Assembly: GCA_002269645.1 (NCBI GenBank)
Contig: NIVC01000025.1
Span: forward strand, 248,001 to 312,000
Direction: 5' to 3'
DNA length: 64,000 nucleotides
Source: Macrostomum lignano
Taxonomy: Eukaryota
The position numbers were made by a program, and so were the translations under genes. The notes under the pieces are model-generated. The model saw nothing but the letters and a program-made list of their open reading frames with translations, made no database searches and had not been told where the DNA came from. Below are positions 12,755-23,600 of this stretch, one piece after another (position 1 is the first letter of the stretch; every line of letters begins with the position of its first letter).

Positions 12755-15442
12755 TGAGAGATGAAGGGAGAAACGAGATTAAAGACGAAAAGAGAGAAAA
12801 GATGAGAGATGAAGAGAGAAAGAAGAGATGAGAGATTAAGGGAGAGATGAGATGAAAGATAACGTAAGATGAGAGATAAGAGACGAAAGGATCGAGAAGA
12901 AAAGAGACAGATGATAGGAGTGAAAAGAGACGAGAGACCAGAGAGGTAAGAGCTGAGAAGAGACGCAAACCTTAAGTGGTGAAGTTCCAAGGCCCCAAGA
13001 GGTAGATAGAGAGGCTTTTCGGACCCGAGTTGCCAACCCCTGCATCAAGACTGAAGAGACGCAGCTGAAAGCATTTCAATGCAGTTCAGACATCTAATTC
13101 TGTGGCTAATTTAACTCAGTCTCTACTTGACTGACTGACAGGTACTCCAATTAAAGTGAGTAGCCAAACCTCTTCAGGCAGTCGTTTTGACAATCCAAAA
13201 TCGTGCAACAACAGGTTGCCCTCAGCGTCCATCAGCACATTCTCCGGATGAATGTCGCAGTGCAAAATGCCGCATTCGTGCAGTCCCGTGATCGCTTCGG
13301 CCAGTTGCAGGGCCCAATAGAATAGAAAACTCTCGCTGATGCATTTCAGACGGCTGCGAATCTCTTTGGCGGCTGCCGCCAGATCGCACGGATAATAGTT
13401 GTACACCTCGATGCACTCCGATGGACAGCTGGCCCGCATTAGGGCTACGCCTGGGATGTTCGAGTCCTGCGGGTCCGGTTCGAGGTCTGGGGTGGTGGTG
13501 TAGGCCGGGATAGAGAGTGCGGAGTGGGGTGGTGGGTGTGCCGGGATAGAGAGTGCGGAGTGGGGTGGTGGGTGTGCCGGGACAGAGAGTGCGGAGTGGG
13601 GTGGTGGGTGTGCCGGGATAGAGAGTGCGGAGTGGGGTGGTGGGTGCGCCGGGATAGTGCGGAGTGGGGTGATGTGTGTGACGGGATAGTGCGGAGTGGG
13701 GTGATGTGCGACGTTGGTAGTGTGGAGGAATAAGTATTAAAATTATATTAGTAATTTACTATTTTGCAAAACGAGGTAATATTTTTGCGACGAGACTACT
13801 CCAATACTTAAAGTAGAATAGTATTTACTGTAAACAAGCATTAGAGGCAAGGGTTTAAAAGCAGACCCTTAGTCACGAATCAATACATTTATAAGTTTTC
13901 ATTTAATTTCCAGAGTCAAGAGGGAATTGCTGAGGTGGCAAACTTGCATGTAGATACTCGTATACAGTTTATTATCAAATCTTTATGTTAACATCATTAT
14001 TAGGAAACTGAAATCCAAATTTCTGTTGACACCTCTTCTCTGTGAGTGTATATGACAGCTCTTCCCCAACCCCAACACTCCACAACACTGTCAATCAAAA
14101 GTTCATCCGAGCTGATTCCATGAAAGCTAGCAGCTGCAGCAGCAACAGCAGACCCAGATACAATGCAATAATACTCAAATAGCAGCTTGAAGAGTCTAGT
14201 CACCTAGGCTAAATCGATTCACGGCACCTTTTTGCCCCTAACAATGCTCGCTCTTGTGAAGTGCTTAGGCGCTTGCATTGCACGGTTGGATTGACGTGTT
14301 TCGATGTTGAAAAAGCTCCCCCCCCTAGTTACCGCTGGGTAAAATACAATGTACAGCAGATTTTCAATTTTTCAATATTAGAGCAGTCAGAATCTCAGTG
14401 TAGAGTTTTATAAACTAACTCACCTTTGCCAAACTGTCAGTGTTTCACGCGCAAATTGAGAACTAAGAGCTATGTGTGAGATAGGGAATATCTAGGTGTG
14501 AGATGGGGATGAGATCTAGCAGTGAGATTGGGATGAAATCTAGCAGTGATATTGAAATGAAATCTAGCAGTGAGATTGAGATGAGATCTAGCAGTGAGAT
14601 CGGAATGAGATCTAGCAGTGAGATTGGAATAAGATCTAGCAGTGAGGTTGAGATGAGATCTAGCAGTGAGATCGGAATGAGATCCCGCAGTGAGATTAAG
14701 ATGAGGTCTAGCAGTAAGATTGGGATGAGATCTAGCAGTGAGATTGATATGAGATCGGGATGAGATCTAGCAGTGAGATTGAGATAAGATCGGGATGAGA
14801 TCTAGCAGTGAGATTGAGATGAGATAAAGCAATGATATTGAGATGAGATCTAGCAGTGAGATTGAGATGAGATCCCCAAATGAGATAGATATGAGATCTA
14901 GCAGCGAGATCGGGATGAGATCTAGCAGTGAGATTGAGATTAGATCTAGCAGTGAGATTTGGATGAGATCTAAGACTGGGATCGGGATGAGATTCAACAG
15001 TGAGATCGGGATAAATAGAGATTTAGGATCCGGCAAGCAGACGCGCACTCACCTTGAGTTCCAGCAGGGCTCTCATCGCCTTCCTGAACGCTTTCTCCTT
15101 CGCCGCAACCGTCAGACTCTGCTTCGGCACCTTCAGCACCACGACAGACGATTTGGCGACATTGAGCTTGCGAAACTCCGTCCTGGCCGCCAGAGTCTCC
15201 GCGTCGCTCAGCTGACAAAGTCCGTCGGTAGCATCGACATCTGTCGCAGCTTTTGTCGCCGCAGAGGTGGCCAGCAGGATGTCGCCATAGCCGCCAGACT
15301 GCAGTGACATCACGGCGGTGAACCGGCCGTCAAGCCGCAGTGCCGGGTGCAGCCAGTCAACCTGCCTGTTGCCGTTGTATGTCAGCCGAAGGTCGACAGC
15401 TTGACGACTCCAGTCGGCGAAGCTTCTTGGCGTTGAAGACAT
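11399..15442 (-). CDS. Divergent AGC-like Ser/Thr protein kinase, 3 exons, ~430 aa
   Basis: Exons 15442-15053, 13466-13170 and 12004-11399; both introns are phase 0 GT-AG. Motifs in order: G-loop QSGGYGDI, VVLK, alphaC ALLELK, HCDIHPEN, DFG, GWWPPE, DWYGLG, NRLG..G..EV..H, and an AGC-type tail W...R.LPAPY. Confidence 0.85.
12181..12525. mobile_element. Truncated MITE (same family as 41704-42138, inverted) in kinase intron 2
   Basis: Starts CTAGAATAACTAGATGGGCCACTCAG; ~300 bp closely match the reverse complement of 41800-42138; the distal end is replaced by a GA-rich array. Confidence 0.85.
12527..12965. repeat. (GA)n and GA-rich degenerate array
   Basis: Direct reading. Confidence 0.95.
13503..13720. 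repeat. 36-bp G-rich minisatellite at the 3' end of kinase intron 1
   Basis: gtgcggagtggggtggtgggtgtgccgggatagaga units. Confidence 0.9.
14475..15012. repeat. 24-bp minisatellite at the 5' end of kinase intron 1
   Basis: gagatctagcagtgagattgagat units. Confidence 0.93.
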
Positions 15443-16279
15443 TTTGAATTTGACTTACTTCAAATGCTGCATTCCGCTATGCCATACCGAGAGCTTCTGG
15501 TAGTCAGCTACATGAATTATTAAAACTCGCGTTCTATTCCTTCATAATGCTCTGTTATCGATGCTTTTATCTCTAAGAGAGAAAGAGAGAGACAGAGAGA
15601 CACGAGACCCTCTGATTGGTCGGTTTGAGTAGAGCGCAAGTTCGAATTGAGGCATAGAGATTGAAGTGCGTATCGCAGGCACGAGTGCGAGAGTATAAAT
15701 TTCACACAGAAAGCTGCAGAGCTTGTGCAGATTGTGTAGTAGTTTGAGAGAAGCCTCTCTGTCGGCGGTCCAGGCGTTTATAGAAGACATTCGCAGGTAT
15801 ACGCAGTACCGGTCGTGCGCGACCGCTCCATTCTCTCTCTTGTTTTAGACTCTTTTTCACTATTATAACCCTATAGCTACGAGTACAAAACTTATACGTG
15901 CTTGCTTGCTAGGGTCAGTAAATTAAAACTCGAGCTTCGTACGCCAATGCAAGAACGACTTGTTATGGGTTTTCTATAGGAAGCTTAACAAGCTTTTAAA
16001 CAGGGTTTTAGCCATGCAGATGGACGGAGAGGGTGGCTTGGGGTTGTGGCCAACCAGTGAGTACCGCTGTAGCAACAGGAAAAAGTACACTTGATGGAAA
16101 AAATAGTTGTAAGAAAGAGGAGTCTGTAGACAAGCTCATTATTCCTCTTTGAAGAAGCAGATCTGCTGCAACCTCCAAAGCAAAAAACTTGAAGGTCAAG
16201 GAAAACAAATGAAGAATGGGGAGACGGCAGTGACAGCAGGATAGGGAAATGAGAGACAGGATGAAGAAATGAGAGATAG

Positions 16280-19185
16280 GATGGGGAAATCAATAACAGG
16301 ATGACGAAATCAGGGACAAGATGGGGATATCAGGGAAAAGATGGGGAAAGCAGGAACAGGATGGGGAAATCAGAGACAGGATGGGGAAATCAGACGGACA
16401 GGATGGGGAAATCAGAGACAGGATGGGGAAATCAGAGACAGGATGGGGAAATCAGAGACAGGATGGGGAAATCAGACGGACAGGATGGGGAAATCAGAGA
16501 CAGAATGGGGAAATCAGAAACAGGATGGGGAAATCAGACGGACAGGATGGGGAAATCAGAGACAGAATGGGGAAATCAGAAACAGGATGGGGAAATCAGA
16601 GACAGAATGGGGAAATCAGAAACAGGATGGGGAAATCAGAGACAGAATGGGGAAATCAGAAACAGGATGGGGAAATCAGACGGACAGGATGGGGAAATCA
16701 GAGACAGAATGGGGATATGAGAGACAGGATCGGGAAATGAGACAGGATGGGGAAATGAGATACAGGATGGGGAAATGAGACAGGATGGGGAAATTAGACA
16801 GGATGGGAAAATGAGAGACAGGATGGGAAAATGAGACAGGATGGGGATATGAGAGACAGGATGGAGAAATCAGAGACAGGATGGGGAAATCAGACGGACA
16901 GGATGGGGAAATCAGACGGACAGGATGGGGAAATCAGAGACAGAATGGGGAAATCAGAAACAGGATGGGGAAATCAGAGACAGAATGGGGAAATCAGAAA
17001 CAGGATGGGGAAATCAGAGACAGAATGGGGAAATCAGAAACAGGATGGGGAAATCAGAGACAGAATGGGGAAATCAGAAACAGGATGGGGAAATCAGACG
17101 GACAGGATGGGGAAATCAGATGGACAGGATGGGGAAATCAGAGACAGAATGGGGAAATCAGAAACAGGATGGGGAAATCAGAGACAGAATGGGGAAATCA
17201 GAAACAGGATGGGGAAATCAGAGACAGAATGGGGAAATCAGAAACAGGATGGGGAAATCAGACGGACAGGATGGGGAAATCAGATGGACAGGATGGGGAA
17301 ATCAGACGGACAGGATGGGGAAATCAGAAACAGGATGGGGAAATCAGACGGACAGGATGGGGAAATCAGAGACAGAATGGGGAAATCAGAGACAGGATGG
17401 GGAAATCAGACAGGATGGGGATATGAGAGACAGGATGGGGAAATGAGACAGGATGGGGAAATGAGATACAGGATGGGGAAATGAGACAGGATGGGGAAAT
17501 TAGACAGGATGGGAAAATGAGAGACAGGATATGAAAATGAGACAGGATGGGGATATGAGAGACAGGATGGAGAAATCAAAGACAGGATGGGGAAATCAGA
17601 GACAGGATGGGGAAATCAGACGGACAGGATGGGGAAATCAGACGGACAGGATGGGGAAATCAGATGGACAGGATGGGGAAATCAGACGGACAGGATGGGG
17701 AAATCAGAGACAGAATGAGGAAATCAGAGACAGGATGGGGAAATCAGACGGACAGGATGGGGAAATCAGAGACAGAATGGGGAAATCAGAAACAGGATGG
17801 GGAAATCAGAGACAGAATGGGGAAATCAGACGGACAGGATGGGGAAATCAGATGGACAGGATGGGGAAATCAGACGGACAGGATGGGGAAATCAGAGACA
17901 GAATGAGGAAATCAGAGACAGGATGGGGAAATCAGACGGACAGGATGGGGAAATCAGAGACAGAATGGGGAAATCAGAAACAGGATGGGGAAATCAGAGA
18001 CAGAATGGGGAAATCAGACGGACAGGATGGGGATATGAGAGACAGGATCGGGAAATGAGACAGGATGGGGAAATGAGAGACAGGATGGTTCAAATGAGAC
18101 AGGATGGGGAAATTAGACAGGATGGGAAAATGAGAGACAGGATGGGAAAATGAGACAGGATGGGGATATGAGAGACAGGATGGAGAAATCAGAGACAGGA
18201 TGGGGAAATCAGAGACAGGATGGGGAAATCAGACGGACAGGATGGGGAAATCAGACGGACAGGATGGGGAAATCAGACGGACAGGATGGGGAAATCAGAT
18301 GGACAGGATGGGGAAATCAGACGGACAGGATGGGGAAATCAGAGACAGAATGAGGAAATCAGAGACAGGATGGGGAAATCAGACGGACAGGATGGGGAAA
18401 TCAGAGACAGAATGGGGAAATCAGAAACAGGATGGGGAAATCAGAGACAGAATGGGGAAATCAGAAACAGGATGGGAAAATCAGACGGACAGGATGGGGA
18501 AATCAGATGGACAGGATGGGGAAATCAGATGGACAGGATGGGGAAATCAGACGGACAGGATGGGGAAATCAGAGACAGAATGAGGAAATCAGAGACAGGA
18601 TGGGAAAATCAGACGGACAGGATGGGGAAATCAGAGACAGAATGGGGAAATTAGAAATAGGATGGGGAAATCAGAGACAGAATGGGGAAATCAGAAACAG
18701 GATGGGGAAATCAGAGACAGAATGGGGAAATCAGAAACAGGATGGGGAAATCAGACGGACAGGATGGGGAAATCAGATGGACAGGATGGGGAAATCAGAC
18801 GGACAGGATGGGGAAATCAGAGACAGAATGAGGAAATCAGAGACAGGATGGGGAAATCAGACGGACAGGATGGGGAAATCAGAGACAGAATGGGGAAATC
18901 AGAAACAGGATGGGGAAATCAGAGACAGAATGGGGAAATCAGAAACAGGATGGGGAAATCAGACGGACAGGATAGGGAAATCAGATGGACAGGATGGGGA
19001 AATCAGACGGACAGGATGGGGAAATCAGAGACAGAATGAGGAAATCAGAGACAGGATGGGGAAATCAGAAACAGGATGGGGAAATCAGAGACAGAATGGG
19101 GAAATCAGAAACAGGATGGGGAAATGAGAGACAGGATGGGAAAATGAGAGACAGGATGGAAAAATGAGACAGGATGGGAAATGAG
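16280..19185. repeat. 2.9 kb 20/22-bp minisatellite (caggatggggaaatcagaga / ...cagacgga) with higher-order blocks
   Basis: Over 130 units; a variant block recurs near 16710, 17410 and 18030. Confidence 0.97.
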
Positions 19186-19679
19186 AGGATAGCTGAGGGA
19201 GTATAACATGCATACAAACTGAACTTCAATACGAAAATTGGGCATAACCCGGCCATCCAAATGATTGCAGCGCATGCCATTATCCTCTTCAAGTCGAAGG
19301 CTAGAGGAACTGATGGGATGCTGGTGGGGCAGCGCACCCGGCCAGATCCCACCTGCTGCTCAGAAAAAATGCAGAACTTAGACAGGAACTGAGGGCTTGG
19401 GAGGTGTAGGAGTAGGATAGGATGAAGGCTGAAAAAAGTTCCCACGAGAGCGCATTGAGTAGGCTGAAGCTTCAGCACTGGCTGCGGAGGCTGAGACGAC
19501 GGATTCTTAAATCCACCCCTAATCCACGTGAAAACGGAAGCCAAGTAAACTGCCTCTGTGGACAGTCAGAAAGACAGAAAAGACAGACAGAATTGCCAGA
19601 CAAAAATGGAATAATGGCAGGGACTTGAATATTCTTCAAATCTTTTGCAGCATTTTAAAATAATACTAAAGGCTGTGCT

Positions 19680-20200
19680 GATGCTGAATGGGTATTGCTC
19701 ATCTAGGGTGCTGCATGGGTATTGCTCATCTAGGGTGCTGCAAGGGTATTGCTCATCTAGGATACTGACTGGATATTGCTCATCTAGGGTGCTGAATGGG
19801 TATTGCTCATCTAGGGTGCTGAATGGGTATTGCTCATCTAGGGTGCTGCATGGGTATTGCTCATCTAGGGTGCTGCAAGGGTATTGCTCATCTAGGATGC
19901 TGCATGGGTATTGCTCATCAAGGATACTGACTGGGTATTGCTCATCTAGGATACTGACTGGATATTGCTCATCTAGGATGCTGACTGGGTATTGCTCATC
20001 TAGGATACTGAATGGGTATTGCTCATCTAGGATACTGACTGGATATTGCTCATCTAGGATGCTGACTGGGTATTGCTCATCTAGGATACTGAATGGGTAT
20101 TGCTCATCTAGGATGCTGACTGGGTATTGCTCATCTAGGATGCTGACTGGGTACTGCTCATCTAGGATACTGACTAGGTACTGCTCATTTAGGATGCTGA
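19680..20200. repeat. 27-bp minisatellite (ggatactgactgggtattgctcatcta)
   Basis: About 19 units; one frame is open on each strand. Confidence 0.95.
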
Positions 20201-20678
20201 AAATTACCCATATGGAGAATTTACTCCAGCACTTGGAATTCCACCCACTTAGCAAAAGTCCGGAAATCATAAAAAAGATCATTTTCTCTACTTATTTGAG
20301 TAGTATCGCGTGAGCCAGAGAACAAATAATTAAGCTTGGTTGCTATTTATTTATTGTGTATTTTTATGTATGAAACAGATATCGAACCACTGGTGTTAGT
20401 TCGCCCCGAAATTATTTCCCCGAAAACAAAGGCCTTATGCTACTACTGAGCGCTTTTAACAGAGTAGGCTGTTCGGCATGTTAGAAGTCCAATTCAATAT
20501 TATGGATGGCATATAAAAAGCGGAAAAGAGAATACACTGCACTGGGAAAAACTGCTTCTAGACAGACACACAGAAGCAGACAGCGAACAAATATTATAAC
20601 TAGTTTTCATATCCCAGGTGTAAATAAATTCCAACAATATCCCTTGTTCACGAGTTTTTGATTCAATGAGGATTAAGA

Positions 20679-23600
20679 TTAAGCTGGCTGGTGCACCATT
20701 CTTTCCTTGTTGATGAGGTGGCCGACCTCGCCAACCAGGCGCATGACACTGTCCAGACTGTGGGCCCAGTCTGTGAGCAGCTGGGTGGCCGACTGGGCGG
20801 TCGAGAAGTGGACAACTCCCGTCAGACGGTCAATCTTGGCCGAAACGGCGCCGGACACGACCTGGGGGGTTTGGAATGGGGTGGTCGGTTCTGCTAGGGC
20901 GGAGCTCGACTCAGGGGAGCTGGGAGGCTGGCCCAGCAACTGAGGATCTGGGAGGCTGGCCTTACAACTGAGGATCTGGGAGGCTGGCCTAACAACTGAG
21001 GATCTGGGAGGCTGGCCCCAGCAAATGAGGATCTAGAAGACTGGCCCAGCAAATAAGGATCTGGGAGGCTGGTGGCCCAGCAACTGAGAATCTGCGAGGC
21101 TAGCCTAGCAACTGAGGATCTGCGAGGCTGGTGGCCCAGCAACTGAGGATCTGGGAGGCTGGCCCAGCAACTGAGGATCTGGGAGGCTGGCCTAACAACT
21201 GAGGATCTGGGAGGCTGGCCTAACAACTGAGGATCTGGGAGGTTGGCCCAACAACTGAGGATCTGCGAGGCTGGCCCAGCAACTGAGGATCTTGGAGGCT
21301 GGCCCAGCAACTGAGGATCTTGGAGGCTGGCCCAGCGCAACTGAGGATCTAGGAGGCTGGCCCAGCAACTGAGGATCTGGGAGGCTGGCCCAGCAACTGA
21401 GGATCTGGGAGGCTGGCCCAGCAACTGACACTCTGGGAGGCTGGCCCAGCAACTGACACTCTGGGAGGCTGGCCCAGCAACTGAGGATCTGGGAGGCTGG
21501 CCCAGCAACTGAGGATCTGGGAGGCTGGCCTTACAACTGAGGATCTGGGAGGCTGGCCTAACAACTGAGGATCTGGGAGGCTGGCCCCAGCAAATGAGGA
21601 TCTAGAAGACTGGCCCAGCAAATAAGGATCTGGGAGGCTGGTGGCCCAGCAACTGAGAATCTGCGAGGCTAGCCTAGCAACTGAGGATCTGCGAGGCTGG
21701 TGGCCCAGCAACTGAGGATCTGGGAGGCTGGCCCAGCAACTGAGGATCTGGGAGGCTGGCCTAACAACTGAGGATCTGGGAGGCTGGCCTAACAACTGAG
21801 GATCTGGGAGGTTGGCCCAACAACTGAGGATCTGCGAGGCTGGCCCAGCAACTGAGGATCTTGGAGGCTGGCCCAGCAACTGAGGATCTTGGAGGCTGGC
21901 CCAGCGCAACTGAGGATCTAGGAGGCTGGCCCAGCAACTGAGGATCTGGGAGGCTGGCCCAGCAACTGAGGATCTGGGAGGCTGGCCCTGCAACTGACAC
22001 TCTGGGAGGCTGGCCCAGCAACTGACACTCTGGGAGGCTGGCCCAGCAACTGACACTCTGGGAGGCTGGCCCAGCAACTGAGGATCTGGGAGGCTGGCCC
22101 AGCAACTGAGGAACTAAAAAGCAGCTACAACAAACCTGATCGGAGATGGCCTGCTCAGCGTCGGGCACATCCAGAGACAGCAGGTGAGCAGCCCTGGCCA
22201 GGCCAATATTAGTATAGTAGGCAGCCAGCACCCGCACATTGTGCTCGGTCACTCGCTTTCGCAGAGCTTCAATATCCTCGTCGGACAGTCGGCAGTCGGC
22301 CCGAAGTCGTTCGGCGTGCTCAGCGCTCAGTTCGGACCAGTTGATGAGCTCCCGGCCGCTGAACTGGCCGCACAGCTCGGCATAGTCTGGCTCGGATTCC
22401 AGCGCCCTGGCGTGATGACGGAGGCTGCGCTGCAGCAGGTCGTGCTGCTCGTTGTCGTGCGGAGCAAGCAGGAGGTTGGCCAGGCAGCAGCGGAGGTGCA
22501 GGCGGAACTTGTCTGTGTCCGGCTGGCAGCTCTGCGGGACGTTGGGGCGGTTGCTGACTAATGAGAGTCGCTGGATGTCTAATGAGAGTCGCAGAATGCC
22601 TAATGAGAGTCGCGGGATGCCTAATGAGAGTCGAGGGATGCCTAATGAGAGTCGCGGGCTGCCTAATAAGGTCGCGGGATGCCTAATGAGAGTCGCGGGA
22701 TGCCTAATAAGGTCGAGGGATGCCTAATGAGAGCTGCGGGATGTCTAATGAGAGTCGCGGGATGCCTAATGAGAGTCGCGGGATGCTTAATGAGAGTCGA
22801 GGGATGCCTAATGAGAGTCGCGGGCTGCCTAATAAGGTCGCGGGATGCCTAATGAGAGTCGCGGGATGCCTAATAAGGTCGAGGGATGCCTAATGAGAGC
22901 TGCGGGATGTCTAATGAGAGTCGCGGGATGCCTAATGAGAGTCGCGGGATGCTTAATGAGAGTCGAGGGATGCCTAATGAGAGTCGCGGGCTGCCTAATA
23001 AGGTCGAGGGATGTCTAATGAGAGTCGCGGGATGCCTAATAAGGTCGAGGGATGCCTAATGAGAGCTGCGGGATGTCTAATGAGAGTCGCGGGATGCCTA
23101 ATGAGAGTCGCGGGATGCCTAATGAGAGTCGCGGGATGCCTAATGAGTCGCGGGATGCCTAATGAGAGTCGAGGGATGCCTAATGAGAGTCGCGGGATGC
23201 CTAATGAGAGCTGCGGGATGTCTAATGAGAGTCGCGGGGTGCCTAATGAGAGTCGCGGGATGCCTAATGAGAGCTGCGGGATGTCTAATGAGAGTCGCGG
23301 GGTGCCTAATGAGAGTCGCGGGATGCCTAATGAGAGCTGCGGGATGTCTAATGAGTCGCGGGATGCCTAATGAGTCGCGGGATGCCTAATGAGAGTCGCG
23401 GGGTTATCATACCTGCAGAATAGCGGCGTGGTGCTTGCTGATGCTCAAGTAGGACTTGTCGTGACTGTGCAGCTCAATCATCAGAGTGTAATATTTCTCT
23501 TTGAGCTCGGAATCGGGTTCAGTTTGGAAAAACTTCGGATTAACCTTCTTGCTGATAATCTGTGTGCGGATGTAGTCCCGTTTGGCTAGACAGAGACGCA

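Noticed and set aside
13028-13044. hAT-like terminal motif gttgccaacccctg
   Set aside because: No partner TIR or TSD found.
20921-22112. Hammerhead-like CUGAGGA plus ctggg/cccag hairpin in every 28-bp unit
   Set aside because: The required GAAA after stem II is absent (CAA instead) and there is no stem I or III.
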